Assembly: GCA_003427395.1 (NCBI GenBank)
Contig: BFEA01000015.1
Location: forward strand, 5,080,665-5,144,664
Length of the DNA stretch: 64,000 nt
From: Chara braunii
Taxonomy: Eukaryota > Plantae > Charophyceae
Reading direction: 5' to 3'
Translations under genes and position numbers: made by a program
Shown here: positions 12,561-27,540 of the stretch, piece by piece
Position numbering within the stretch: position 1 is the first letter of the stretch
How the letters are laid out: each line of letters opens with the position of its first letter
Notes under the pieces: generated by a model
Database searches by the model: none
Seen by the model: only the letters and a program-made list of their open reading frames with translations
Told to the model about the DNA's origin: nothing

Positions 12561-15009
12561 TTGCGAATACCGTTAAATACATCAAAATACTTCAAACCCA
12601 AAGCGGTGGACATCCTCTATGATCTTTCGAATGATAGTCCATATAGTAGATGTATAAATCAATGAAAAAGCAACAGTACGTCGAATAGAGTTCGATTTAG
12701 TTTTTAGAGGATATTCAAATAATCAATCTCGCATAGTCATTTTATTTATTTTTTCAAACATATATATTAAATTTATGCTTTTCATAAACGTTGATACAGT
12801 TTTGTTGATGTCTTGATTACTATTATCTACAAATATTTTCGTATTGTAACATTGAAATAATATACATAAGCACCCTACGAGGACGTAACATGTACAACTT
12901 TTTTGAAAAAACTTATCACAGTGATTTTTTTTCATAACTACCCTGTCAAAATACACAAAAATTATATTAATTTAACCATTAAAATGAATTTGTTACGTTG
13001 GTTGCCCATCATGAATATGACTTTTTTATTGGATTTCGGGCTCGATTGGGTTCAGTATAAAGGTCGAGGGTTTTCTGTTTTTATATATTTGGGTTCGTGC
13101 AACATTTCTACGATATTGGAAAGTTTTTTTGCCTTTATCATTAGCATGAAAGCAAAAAAATACAAAAATAATCGGGAGCGAAGCTGTATGAAAAATAACT
13201 ACTCAAACAGTTAACTTTTAGTTTCAAAAAGGCGTCTGCTGGACAAAATTTCACAGGTCGTATCACCGTTTTCATGTTTTTTGCCTTTGCAAGTATGATA
13301 AGATGCATAACGATAACCCAAAAAAAACGACAACTCTAGGTCTGAATATGTTTTCTTTCATTTGTTTTGCGTTTTTGTTTGGGTTTCCCACTCAAGCTCC
13401 AGTCTTCCACTTCCACTTCGTGGCCGCAAGTCCATTAGTAATTTGAAAAATATTTCACAAGTCTAATGAAAATAATCAAACATTTCTTAGACTGTATAAA
13501 CTTTGTTAAACTTCTTATAACATTATGTGGTTTTATAATTAATTATTTTATCGTTCTTCAACACTCTTCGTGACAATGCTTTTGACAATTACTTATCATG
13601 ATTGCATGATAAGTATTGTGATATATTCTCGTTTATCTTTTCAATATATGATGTTTATCTTTCTCATACTTCATTTATTATTTTTTTTTAACAAATAATA
13701 TAGCATTATGTACTCGCTCTAGGAATATTGTTCAGTCCATAAGACATCCTCAGGTAATAATACGAATACTTACTTTCAAAATGATTATTAAATGTTATAA
13801 AATTTATTGATATGGTAAATGTTAAACATATTGTAGATCCTTATGCATGTAAGTAGATAGCTTATATTCATAAGGGGTATAATTATTCTGTGCAGATGCG
13901 CATGTGAGACAAAAACGTTATCGATTATGTCATTTACTATTCGTCTGAAGGATTTCCCCTTATTACACAGAGAGGGGATAAAAAACCTCAAATAAGCGAA
14001 TCATGCATGATAGACAAAATATGAATAACAGGGTGAGAATAAGAACACATACAAAAAGAAAGGTTGGAAGGAGGAGAGTAACGATTAAAAAAGTTAGTGT
14101 TTATCACAAATTCATTTTTTGTATAACAAACTCGTTCACACTGCAAGTTGCAGCGAGATAATTTAATAATGAAATACCATTGTCTGACTCACTACAAGGC
14201 TTATGGATATAAAATTGAACGAGTGTCAAAAAAAAATCATATATATCGTTTGTTTCTCTAATCTAAATGAATAAACTATACGCTCCCTTATGGGTATATA
14301 AATTAGTTGATAATGATAACCAGTGCTAGCAAAATGAGACTTACAACGAAAAATATATTACCAATCTCAACTACTACTTGTTAAGCGAAAAACATATAAT
14401 CATGAACAAAATGACGAAGGATAAAAGTGGAAAGTATACAGAGGAAGGGGAAAGAGGGCAATATAAATGGAGAGAGGATCAATTAAAAAGATTAAAAAAA
14501 ATGAAAAACCAAATCAAATAAGGGAAGGACGAACCAACAATAGACAAGAATCCGAAAGTTATACCATACGATCACTCCTTATTTTGTAGACAGTAGATTC
14601 ATTATTTCTCAATAGAGCACATGAAATAAACACATAGCTTCATATCAATGAGCGATATTGTCTTATTAAATCTCACAATGCTTTAAAATAGTAAGAAAAA
14701 TTTTACGTCCAATCACAATTCAAGATGCGTATGCATTACAATGAGTTGAAGAAAACATATCCCGCACGAGCTTAGTTAGTTTTTCAAAATTAAAAATAAT
14801 CATTGACTCGATTTTCAAAACTAAGAAGAGTTTTCCCAAAAAAAAAAATGGTGGTTAAAAGGTCGGATGCATGAACGACAAAAAAATATATACATATCAT
14901 CATGATTTTTATCTGGAATGTAAACCAAAGGGGAACGAACCAATAATAAACGTGAATATAGTTTCGAAAATATAATCTTTATGATGATCGCGAGTATTAC
15001 ACAATATTG

Positions 15010-17010
15010 GTGTTGAGCGCATACGCTCCCGCCTTTTCTCACAAAGAGACGGGAGCCCTCCCTACCATGTCACGTAGAAGTTTGAACAAAACATAACCAA
15101 GAGACAACTCATGGTAACACCATGAACCGCCAAGACGGGCGAGGTCGCGTCGTCCCTTCGCTCCTCTAACCGGATGTGCCAGTTGTACATCCCGCAACCC
15201 CTTACGAGAGGGTAGGTTCCCGCGGGGCACAACTTACTCCCCTAAGGGTCTGTCACCACCTTAGGGACGTATGCCTACCAAGCTACCGACCCACGTGTGA
15301 AAGTTTTTAAATGCGATTACGAGGGTGGGTCAACTGAGGACGTTTGCTCGCTCTCTGTAGTATAGGTACGCATGGTTAAAAAACCTTGATCCCGGACATC
15401 GTCCGTTCCTTAGGGCGTTGATCTTCTAAGTACGAAGCGTACGCCGCTCGTCTAGGACGGTCTCAACCAAGTGTGAAACCCCCAACGCAATCCTAATCCC
15501 TTAAGAAACCAGTCAAAAGAAAACTATAACAACGACATATAGTTACATTAAAAAAAAATATTGTAATCAACATAAATATATGTCCAATATGAAATGATAA
15601 CCGAAGGAATCAAAATCAGCATAAAATACTTCCAAAAATATAATATCAAAATAAAATTCAACCATCTCGAGTCAGACTTAATAAAACAAAGCATCATACT
15701 GAGCCACCAACTGAAAGTTGGCTTCGAAAATAACCTCAATACAACCGACAAGCTAGTCAGTCTGACTTAGTTTTGACGTCATGAGATGCGCTGTCAAAGT
15801 TATTCATGTCATCTTACCGTCGACCTCAGATTCGACATGCACACACTTGTTTCCATACATTTTTAATATTTTTGGTTGACAGACCATTTTGCGGATAACT
15901 CTTGATCAGGTGCATTGCTTGAAGTGTTGCATGTCTCTCCTTTTATGAAGTGGTCTGGAGTACCCCTCCTCGCCCGAGCACAAATCTCAACTTTCATAAG
16001 TCGGACCATCTCCATCGAATTGGCAAAGTAACCCCTCGTAGAACGCTCCACTCTGGGTCGATAACAAGGTCGATTTCTAAAACAATGAACCCCCTTTCCA
16101 GATGCGTTCTTGAAATTGAGCACATCCACCATAAACATTTTTTAACTGTTCTCATTTTCTTCGTAAGTTCAGGGTAACTTAGACGAGAAGAGTTAGAAAA
16201 GATAGTGAATGAGAACCATTTGGATAGATAAAACTCATTCATGATAGAAAGGGTCAATCCTCAGGAAAATACTATGTTCGTTTAACCTTAACTGTTTTAT
16301 TTGAATCAAATTAACATTTTTCAAAACGAAAAAACCTTATTGACAAGCAGGCAGGTGAAAAGGAAAAAGAAAACAATCCTTTTATATTTTCTCAAATAGG
16401 TATAATCAATCTGCTTTGTAAGCATCCTTCTACCTACCTGCACACGAAGTCAAGCAACAAGTTCAAAAAAAAACAATACAATCTCATACTCGAGTTAGAC
16501 ATTCTCATTCACATGCAAACACCCATCTCCTTTATCTTTTCAACGAACATTCATTGAACAAGGTCAAACAAGTGCGGGTTTACACAGATGTGAAGGGAAT
16601 TCTGAGTCAATTAACTGATCTCGAGTGAAGTAGTAAGTGGCTCACTCAAAAAAGCAAAGTAATATATCAAAATAAATTGGTCGCACAACTTCACGAGTTA
16701 GCCCTCTAGGAGGGTGCTCTCACCGACAAGTCTGATGCGGTCTCAACATAGTCCCAACGATATCTTGTCCGATCACAATAGGCACACCAACATGCCCGTC
16801 CCGATCTTAAAATCAGTTTCATTTGGTCCCATAATGGTCCCTAAGCGATCCCGCGTTGCTGCCGCACCACTGAATGGTCCTTGGAAAAAATAAAAAGTTC
16901 GTGTCGTGGCTCCCAAAAATTAATAGTGGCCCACCGGTGCCAAATGCCGCAAGTGCCAGTACCTCATCGGCCACACCACTAATGTCGCGCCGCCATAATG
17001 TTACCACCGT
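15010..17010 (-). mobile_element. Copy C of the unclassified dispersed repeat
   Basis: Reverse complement is colinear with 5770-7780, with extra sequence around 15540-15740; same 3' hairpin and GCGCTCAAC end. Confidence 0.85.
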
Positions 17011-20000
17011 TGTCTAGAAGCATTGTCGTAAAAAAAAACAATTTGCCACGCACCTCAAAAAATAAATGCGGAATTGTCGCTCGCCGTGTCATCAAAAACG
17101 GTACCAAACTTGTCCAGCAGTGCCGCCACCAACTCACACACCACAGCGGAAGGGCCCACTGTGCCGCAAAATTTTGGTAGCATACCCGTCATTTTTTCAT
17201 CAAGTCCCTCAATTCAATAAAAAGGTCGAACAACGTCTGCCATTGAAAAACATGAGCAGATACCCTTGTACGGGTTTCTGCTCAGACATAGGGACAAAAC
17301 CTTGCTAGTCACTCATATCATTTCGTTTCAAGACTCCTTATATAGCATACGAGAGAACTACAACCCCTGTAATCCTACCTTTTGGTACTCTACTCTAACT
17401 GACATCACATTGATAAACACTTCAAATTGGGGACGATAATTCAAAGTTCAAATTTGTCAATTTATTTTTCTCGATTGATAAAAGAATATTGAGAGAGATA
17501 GCTAAAGATTTATACGGACCAACCATAGGAGGAAAAAACAAAAAATGCTGGCATTGTTGGTCAAGTGTTTGAACTTCACGTCGTTTCCATCTTCGATCTA
17601 GCTACAACCTCTCCTACCAAATATCATCCTGAATGTTGAATATGTATACCCTTCCCCTCTCCTACACAAAAGCACTCTATGATCGCTCTATCATTTCATT
17701 CCTTACTCACATACTCTCATCTTCGACAACACTTATAAATCCATCTCTTCCACAGGTTAAACATCCCTTGCCATTCACATGCTTTTTGTGGACCTTATAT
17801 CATTTTTTCGACACCTCATTTTTGCTAACTCCCCAAAACAAGTATAAAAGTGTGCATCACCTCAGACCAAGCTTGCCTCTGCCAAAGGTTTGTATTTCTC
17901 ACCATCCTTACAACCCTTATTCATCAAAATTCAACGCTATCGTACTCTACATCGAGACATCACTTTCTTTGTGCTCATAGTCATTCGACCCAATACGTAT
18001 GTAACCCCTTACTTTCCACGTTTTCACCCAATGATGAAAAAGAACTTCACACGGAAAACTTCCTCTATTAATCATCAATCCTTCCACCATTTCTTTCCGC
18101 TAGCCATTTATTTCCGTTAGTTTTCTCTCCACAATACACACTCCCCCTATACAATGATTTGATAATGCTCATTACGCATTGCTAGCTTGTCTCAGTTACT
18201 GTGTTATTTAGTAAAGTTGATGTTCTCAAAAAACGCATGACCGACATACTCGCCCTATATTCCGAGCAACGAGAACTGAATGACTATCACACCATAAGAT
18301 AGTAATAACTGATGCACCACGCACTTGACCAATCATCATACATGCTATAACCTTCAATTCACAAGAAGATCGTTCGTAAACTATTGCAGAGAGAGTTCAA
18401 CCGGCCTTAAGGTGTTTTTCTAATGTAGCGACCTCGCGGCTCACCAAAGCATAAAAAACCTCCACAACTTTTCATCACAATACAACAAGTCTATAACACA
18501 CAGAGACGAAGCACGATATGAAAGTAATATTATGCCACCTCATTCTTGATGTTATCCTCAACAGGATGCACAACAGGCTACATCCTTAAGGTTTATATCA
18601 CTCCATAAGGCCTATAATACTCTATATGAACACCTCCATAAGGTTTATATCAACCCAAACTCATATCGTTTGTCAACCTCTAATACCGCAAACAAACATC
18701 TCAACCTCTAATACCACATACAAGCATGCAATCGCGAAACTACAAAGAGCATAAAGATGGATGGTAATGCAACAATGTATAGTATATGGTGACAGTAGGT
18801 AGGTGGGTCTTCCTGGTTTTTAGTGGGAGACACGTAATGGGTGGACCGTCCCTTTTAGTGTTTCATAATAAACTATTACTACAACTTAACTACTTTCGAA
18901 ACCGTTCTCACCTTGAAAGTAATAAGGACTATTTTCCTAAGCTATCCACGACTTTTTTTGAAGGTTTGCGAGTTTAACACGTCAACTTTCAAACAAAAAC
19001 TGAACTAGAATTAATGGTCAAAGTGTGAGGATTCAAACCTTTGCATGTCAGTATAAAAAATCAATGCCTTTCCACTCAACGTGACAGACGAACGATCTTA
19101 CGTCAATGGAGCAAGTACGTGGGCGACCGTTAAGTTACTTTAAGTTAATAATGAAAGGTTCTAACAAAAATAGACTACATAACAAAAAACACTTCCTGCT
19201 TTGCCAATACGGAACGGTTTAGGTATTGCTCATTTTCTTAACTGCGATGTTTGTCCGGAGGCTTCAAGATTTACCTGTCTATAAACTTTATACCTTTTAC
19301 TGCCATATCCTTACCCGGTTGTCGATGACAAGGGTGTGGTGTTATTTCATCCTTCCCAATGTTTCTAAGTTAGTGGTATCACACTGACACTTCATCGTGT
19401 GCAGACCCTAACCGAATACCACTCACATATCCCCATTGAGCTACTCCATCTCTTCTACATATACTCTAAGACATCAGTCAAGGCAAACCTTGTAACTTTT
19501 TTTTTATTTCTTCTATCGAAAACAATTTCCCAATGAACTTCTCATGTGTTGAAAGATTACTTTCGGATGGCTCTGGTATGAGCACACTCGGTAGCTAAAA
19601 ACTCATGTGCCTCGATGTTTTTTATATATTAAAGTTTTATTTGCTTTGGAGTGATGAAAGTTTTATTCTGGTAGAGTATAAACTATGATTGATGCGCATA
19701 TCCCCTTACAGGTATAAGTAGAGAAACATTAGTTAAAGTGTTCAAACCTACTTACCATGCTCCTTTTTACCCGGAGGAAAACAACGAGAAGAAGATCAAA
19801 AGGGGAAAAAATGATATTCCTTATACAAATACGTTTGTTTCAATTACAAATTAGTCAAACTATTATCTCAAATACCCTTAATTTTGATATTTCAATATAT
19901 TGATGTTTATGCACGTGGTGTACTGTCATATTTTTAACCACAATAATGTATGTCTGGGTATATGTTATATCCACTGCAATGTGGGTATGCATGTGTATAT

Positions 20001-21718
20001 ATGTGTTTATATGAGTGCATGTGCGTATGATTGTTTATGTATGAGTGTGTATAAGTTCATTCAAATCGAAGCATTCTAACTGCTCGAGCGCTGCATTTAA
20101 GAATCACAATATAGCAAAGACCCACGCCTGAGAATTAATCTTCACCGTGCACCCAGTTTGTAAAACTGCTCCAACTAGATAGCAGGTTAGGTTGATTGCT
20201 TCACCAACGTGCAAGACTGAAAACAAAGGATTAAATGCATTCACCCTACATTATACGTAGCTCAGGTAGCTATATGATATTTTGTTACATGAGTATCCCT
20301 TCTAGATACAATTCTTGATTCGTCTACTTTTATGTTTTTACGTAAAGGAGGATATGCAAGGCAACTCGAGATATACGTTCGATAAGTTGATTACTTGTCC
20401 TTACGTGACATGAGTTACCAATAATGCGAGAGAGAATAGAAAAAATAATAAATGCAGCGACATAAAAAAAAAAAAACTCCATAAATAAAAAGAAAAACGG
20501 AGTGAGTACAATACTATCCAAGGAAAAATAATAAATCTAATGATTTTTCAACAATGAGTACAATACCATTAAAAAAAAAAGAAAAAATATTTTAGACGGA
20601 CCAAGAACGCATGTGTAGCAAAAAGCAGAGAAGAAAAAATAAAAAAGAGATTGGAGAGGATGACCAGTAGTGTCAACAAAATAAGGTCCTTAGAGGAAAG
20701 GAAAAAGGTTCTCGAAGGGTTTGGAGGGCATGTGCAAAAAAAAAAAAAAAGGAAATTGAATAGGATGACAGATGGTGTCAATAAAATAAATCATTCATTC
20801 CTACAATTCAAGCAGACAATATATGCATGAAATCATGATGCTAAAAAAAAGATCTCTCAAAATACTTATCGCTAGAAAATATCAAAGAAACCCTTAGAAA
20901 TCATACCGGTTTTTCACTAGAAAAGGTTAGGGAAATCCCTCATTCCTTTGCTTCACTTTATCCTCCCCCTCTGTGTAGATCAACTTGCCTTCTCCCTCCC
21001 TCCCGCTTATCATCCCTACTTCTTTTAGTTGCTCTTCCTAAGATGAAATATCGTCTTGGTCCTCGTGGAGCTCGTGTGTGGGTAAATTTATCAACCGTAG
21101 AGTATGAGGGTTGCATCCCTTACAACTTTTCACCGTCACCGCTGCTTAGCTTGTCAAAGGGGTTACCAAACCTGCACATGCACGCAAAAACGAAGCATAC
21201 AACACAAACATATCCACACATGCAGAGAGTGGACAAGGAAAGTTTTCTAATACTCACTTCTTCTCACTCCAGTTCCTTTTGCGAAAGTGTTTTGGGAAGC
21301 ATGCCTACGTCCATACTCCACGAATTATCCCGTAGTTCAAACGCATCGCTCACACCCACATACCACAACCATGTGTTGTGTTCTTAAAAGTTTTCTAAAC
21401 ATTTCCGCACATGTTACAATAGTACTACAAGTTTTTTCGATTAAACCACCACTGCATCGGAGGCTGTTTTGCACGTCGAACTTTGTTGAGCCTGAGTCCC
21501 GATTATTTCTCTCCTAGGACTCGTGCAGGAAAAAAAAAAAAAAAAAAACATTGCATTGAAAAACGAAGCGAGGCGGTGCAGCAATGAAGTGAAATCAATG
21601 AAGGAACGAAAGGAAAAAAAAAAAAAAAAAAAACACCATGTAAACGGCAAACAGCAAGATTCACTCATCGAAGTACTTGTGGGAATGTGCCCTTAATGCG
21701 GGCGTTACAGTGACACGC

Positions 21719-21730
21719 CCAGGTAGAGGA

Positions 21731-21763
<33 letters not shown>

Positions 21764-21776
21764 AGTGTAGAGGACA
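21719..21776 (+). mobile_element. Solo poly(A) insertion with ~14-15-bp TSD
   Basis: ccaggtagaggaca - A run - ccagtgtagaggaca. Confidence 0.7.
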
Positions 21777-23271
21777 GTAGGTTTATACATTGTCTTGAGT
21801 ATTAGTGTTAATTCACCCTTACATGTCCCTGTGTTAGTTACCCGCTATCTGCCCCCTACCTCGCTGGCACTATATCCCACAAAATAAAAAGTTGAGTAAC
21901 TACCATAACTATTCATTCCGACAACTCGAATGATAAAAAAAAAAAAAAAAAAACTTCATAAATACAATACAGCGGGATGATACATTTTTTTGAGTAGTAG
22001 TGTGAGACTGCCCTCACGTGTCCCTCTGTCAGTTACCCATTATCTACACCCTCCTTCACTGGCAGGGTATCTTACACAATAAAGGAAGGAAAAATAAAAT
22101 TGAAAAATGCAAAGCTATAACTACCGTGGATACTCATCGTGTATGCTTTTTAAATTCTGGTGTGAGCACAATGGCCTTTACGGCATGCCTCAACCGTTCA
22201 ACCCATGTTTTACTGTCTACTTTTTTTTTTTGGTTTTTGTTACTTGAAACGGACCCATAGGACCGTAACATTTATCTTTTGCTAAGCCTTATCCATTCCC
22301 TCGAAAAATGCGTTGAGACATATAATCTCGTTTTCCCTAACATTGAGAAAGGTGGTGGTTGTTTAAGCCAATTTTACTTCAACAATATGTCCTAATTTCA
22401 AAATACAACGTTCTAATCAAATAATACTAGATATGTTGTATTTACCTTATGAATTTCTATACAACTTACATTAGTCACAAGAATGTATATACAAATAAAA
22501 TATATAAAAAAAAAATCTTATAATATCAATAAATGAATCAATATAATTTAAAGATATGTACAATAACTATAAAATTCAAAATATTAAATCTAGAATATAA
22601 TTCGTAAAGATAAATAAAATAAAAATATATTATAATTTTAAAAAATCTTAACTTAATTATAATATATGAATACTAAATCACCCGTTGCAGTTTCGCCCGT
22701 AAAAACAAAAGAGGGAAAAAAAAACAAAAAAAGAAAAAACATAAGGAACTACCCTATCATATGCCGCTTTAAAAAACAATAATAAAAAAAATTGAGAGCA
22801 GACGAAAACCCGTGTGCAAAAAAATAGAAGGGAATACTACCAAACCTTTTTCTTTTTTAACTTTGACTGTTTTGTTTAGGGAGTTGTTACCTTCGCAGCA
22901 TTATTTTTGTTTTGTGTTGTGCAAGAATTCTTGACTTTCCTAAGAAAATATTGTCCGTTGTCCCGTTGATGTTTTTGCTAAGGATTTAGATGCAGACTTT
23001 GTTTGATGTGTTATTTGGATGTGTTTGTGATCAACCGAGCTTACATGTATGCCTCGTATTTGTTGCGTTTTGAGGCTATGTGTGCAAGTGCATGCACATG
23101 TGGGTGAGTCTAAGTTTGGTGGGCTCGGATGATGTCATCGACGATTGGCCCGATGAAGTTGTCGGAAGTCACCTCCAACTATAGGAGTGATGCTGATGTT
23201 AAGCAGGTTTTGCATATTAATGAACAATCGGCATTCAATCTGTTTAAAGGACAACTTGGTGCAGTCCCCCC

Positions 23272-23312
<41 letters not shown>

Positions 23313-23792
23313 CTTCGAACTTGGAACCCTATACTCCACACTGACCTTCCCCTAGCCCCACCTCCCCTTCCCCTCCCCCAACCTGTCAATCCCCTGATGA
23401 GTCAGTGAATAGTCCGACTCCGCCACATGGTTGGAGTTGTGTATAAAGAACATGACAACACACCAAACAAAAAATAAAAGGCAAAACAGTCTGCGTGAGC
23501 CTCTAACCTCCCCTGGCTGCTGCCGACTTCCCCCAACCTTCCCCTCTCTCTCTCTCTCATACACACACACACAAATATATATTTATATTATATATATAAT
23601 AAAAAGATAAAAAACAAAAAACATCCTTGCACTTAGTGCGACTATACCTCCCATCACCTTGTCGGCTTCCCCCTTACCCCCTCCCTTCCCTCATCTCTCT
23701 CTCACACACACACGTACAAAAAAAAAATAGAGAAAAAAAAGACAAAAAAGCATGATGAACCTTTAACATGCCCCCCAACCACCGAGTTCCTC

Positions 23793-24695
23793 NNNNNNNN
23801 NNNNNNNNNNNNNNNNNNNNNNNNNNNNNNNNNNNNNNNNNNNNNNNNNNNNNNNNNNNNNNNNNNNNNNNNNNNNNNNNNNNNNNNNNNNNNNNNNNNN
23901 NNNNNNNNNNNNNNNNNNNNNNNNNNNNNNNNNNNNNNNNNNNNNNNNNNNNNNNNNNNNNNNNNNNNNNNNNNNNNNNNNNNNNNNNNNNNNNNNNNNN
24001 NNNNNNNNNNNNNNNNNNNNNNNNNNNNNNNNNNNNNNNNNNNNNNNNNNNNNNNNNNNNNNNNNNNNNNNNNNNNNNNNNNNNNNNNNNNNNNNNNNNN
24101 NNNNNNNNNNNNNNNNNNNNNNNNNNNNNNNNNNNNNNNNNNNNNNNNNNNNNNNNNNNNNNNNNNNNNNNNNNNNNNNNNNNNNNNNNNNNNNNNNNNN
24201 NNNNNNNNNNNNNNNNNNNNNNNNNNNNNNNNNNNNNNNNNNNNNNNNNNNNNNNNNNNNNNNNNNNNNNNNNNNNNNNNNNNNNNNNNNNNNNNNNNNN
24301 NNNNNNNNNNNNNNNNNNNNNNNNNNNNNNNNNNNNNNNNNNNNNNNNNNNNNNNNNNNNNNNNNNNNNNNNNNNNNNNNNNNNNNNNNNNNNNNNNNNN
24401 NNNNNNNNNNNNNNNNNNNNNNNNNNNNNNNNNNNNNNNNNNNNNNNNNNNNNNNNNNNNNNNNNNNNNNNNNNNNNNNNNNNNNNNNNNNNNNNNNNNN
24501 NNNNNNNNNNNNNNNNNNNNNNNNNNNNNNNNNNNNNNNNNNNNNNNNNNNNNNNNNNNNNNNNNNNNNNNNNNNNNNNNNNNNNNNNNNNNNNNNNNNN
24601 NNNNNNNNNNNNNNNNNNNNNNNNNNNNNNNNNNNNNNNNNNNNNNNNNNNNNNNNNNNNNNNNNNNNNNNNNNNNNNNNNNNNNNNNNNNNNNN
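23793..24695. other. Assembly gap (N), followed by (CT)n and a pyrimidine-rich tract to ~25450
   Basis: Run of N. Confidence 1.
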
Positions 24696-24764
<69 letters not shown>

Positions 24765-26213
24765 CCTTCGCCTGACCTTTTCCCTTGCTTCGTACCCCAC
24801 CCAACCTCTGCCCTCCCTCCGCCCGACTTCACCCTGCCGTCTTCCCCCTTCCTCCCGGCCTCCTTCCACTACCTCCTCTTCCTCTTCACACCTTTTCCCA
24901 TGTCCGTCTCCCCCTACCTATTCCCTTCTTCCATACATCCTTCGACCTCTAAACTACGTTCTGCTTTTTGTCCTCCCTCCGCCCTACTTCTCCCTGCCGC
25001 CTCCCTTTTCTCCCGGCCTCCTCTGGACCTTCTATTAAAACCTCCCTCTGCCCTCCCTTCGCCTGGGCATGTCACTCCCCTTCCTTCGCCCACTCTCTGC
25101 CTGACCTCCTTCCCTCCCTCTCCCCCATCCTCCTCCTTCCTCCACCCAATTTGCACCGAACTCCTCCTCCCCCCAATCTCCTTCCTCCCATTCCTTCCTT
25201 TGCCTAATGTCCACCTTCCGCCGTACTCTCTGTCGTCTTTCCCCTGCCTATTGGCCTCCTCCACACCTTCTCTATAACCTTCCTCTGGCCTCCGTCCGCC
25301 TGGCCGCCTCATTCCCCTTCGTTCGCCCGATCTCTATCTCACCCCCTCCTTCCCTTGATCTCCTTTCTCCCCTTCCTTCCTCAACTCGATCACCCCCTGA
25401 CCTCCTCCTTCCATTCCTCCTCCGTCCTACTCCTCACCTCTCCCTTAATCGATCGCCCTTTTTTTGTAACGCTCAACCTAAGAAGTGTTTCTTTTTCATT
25501 ACCCGGTGGACGTAACCGCTTCAGTTGCTATCAAGATCGCTCCATTTCTTTTAAAGATCTCAACACGATTGCACACGCGTAAGAAGAAGAAAGGGATAGC
25601 AGGAGAGAGAAAAACGCATTTCACCTTACACACACACTTCCTCCTCTCGCTCTTGCTTCCTCGCACCTTCCTTGTCCTTGTCCCTCTTCCACCACCACGT
25701 CTTTTGCCTCCTCAACATCTTCTTCCTCAACATTCTCCTTCGGTCTTTTCTCTTTGGAGCGACCTTATGATTAGCTTGCCTACTCAAGATATTTTGGTGT
25801 ATCGATATTTCTTTCCATATTTCACTACACACACCACATTGAGTCAGCTCTCTCTCTCTCTCTCCACACCCCTCGTTGTGTGCATCTGGGTGTGACTGCA
25901 CATGCGAGAGCACACGCTTGCCCTTATTCACTTTGGGAAAAAAAATATGGCGCCAAGCCTTAACGCAAATGGAGAAAGCTAACAAAAACGGAATGCACTC
26001 TCTATATCATGCCCAGATAAGGGAGCATGAAGCGAGGGAGGACGGAGGGTTGAGGGTAACGCCATCGGAGAAAGGAGGGAGAAGGTGAGGGATGGAAGAA
26101 AGAAGGAGAAGGGAGGAAGGAGGGAGGGGCGATGGGGCAAGGGTGAGGGAGGGAGGAGAGAGGGTCGAGGCAGGAATGGAGGACGGGCCTAGGGAGGCAG
26201 GATGGTGATGGTG

Positions 26214-26267
<54 letters not shown>

Positions 26268-26361
26268 GCACCCAAATAACCTAACCCGCATGCCCATATT
26301 GACCCCCATCCCCCCATTATCTACCTCCTCCCCAAACAAGAGAAAGAACACAATTTTTTTT

Positions 26362-26879
26362 TAATACTTTTTCCAAACGGGGTTGGGGGTGTGGGTTCGA
26401 GGTGAAGTACAAAAACTCGCTCTACCAGGAATCCACAATGAATCTCACGTCGGAGTACTTAGCAGAAACTCACGATCCACGGTGGAACTGACGACCCACG
26501 GGCCAACCACCGATCCAAGCAGCACCGATTCACGAAAGCACCAACTCACAAAATACTAAGCACCAAAGCACTAAGCACGGAGCACCGTGTCGGATGAAGC
26601 GCACAACAGCATGCACCGAATAATACTTTTTTCAAACGGGGTTGGGGGTGTGGGTTCGAGGTGAAGTACAAAAACTCACTCTACCAGGAATCCACAACGA
26701 ATCTCACGTCGGAGCACTTAGCAAGAACTCACGATCCACAGTGGAACAGACGACCCACGGGCGAACCACCGATCCAAGCAGCACCGATTCACGAAAGCAC
26801 CAACTCACAAAATACTAAGCACCAAAGCACTAAGCACGGAGCACCATGTCGGATGAAGCGCACAACAACATGCACCGAA
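26362..26879. repeat. 259-bp direct tandem duplication
   Basis: Units start at 26362 and 26621 (taatacttttt.caaacggggttgggggtgtgggttcgagg...), near-identical. Confidence 0.95.
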
Positions 26880-26901
26880 TTCACCACGAACCCACGGTGC
26901 C

Positions 26902-27034
26902 CCAAGCACCGATTTCACGATGCCCCAAGCATCGATTTCACGATGCTCCAAGCACCGAATTCACGACGCTCCAAGCACAAAATTCATGATGCTCAAAGCA
27001 CCGAATTCACGATGCTCCAAACACCAAATCCACG
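26902..27034. repeat. 23-bp minisatellite, ~6 units
   Basis: Consensus CCAAGCACCGAATTCACGATGCT. Confidence 0.9.
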
Positions 27035-27540
27035 TAGAACACCAACTCACGAACCGGTGGGCGGGCAGGCGATTCATCCCTTCCGGTACGACTCAGTGGG
27101 CGGGCGATTCGCCGCTTCAGGGGTGGACTGTGGAGAAAAACGCAGTTGGGCTTGAGGGGGTCGACCATGGAGAAAAAAAACAGGCGTCGCTTTCAGTACC
27201 AACCGATATTGAACGGCCTAAATCACTGGCTGATCACCACCACAGACTGTTTGAATCGCATGCCGATCAGTGTCGTTCGCGGTGGTAATCAACCAACTAT
27301 TCGGACCATGCGATATCACGTTTAACAATTCTTATAGTATTGTAGATGCAAATCAATCAAATTTAAAATAGAGACTTTCTTTTCAAGTTTTTCTTTATTC
27401 TCTAAACAAATAGTTATATAAAAAAAAAATTATATAGATAATCAAGAAATAAATAACCTAATTATACTCAAAATAAATAGTACTGTTAAAATTAATTTTA
27501 TTATAGATATGTTATCGAAAATTTAAAATATATCAATCCA

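Noticed and set aside
19016-19080. tRNA-like sequence on the minus strand (GAGTGGAAAGGC...GGTTTGAATCC)
   Set aside because: Only weak A/B-box resemblance; acceptor and anticodon stems do not pair.
23674-24869. Long ORFs (335-376 aa) in the ORF track
   Set aside because: Artefacts of translating through the N gap and the (CT)n tract; the same applies to ORFs spanning the 56.9, 58.2 and 60.3 kb gaps.
24780-25900. Pro/Ser/Leu-rich and Gly/Arg/Glu-rich ORFs
   Set aside because: Low-complexity pyrimidine/purine tract that lacks stop codons by composition.
26902-27034. CRISPR-like array
   Set aside because: The 23-bp units are contiguous with no unique spacers, there are no cas genes, and the context is eukaryotic.
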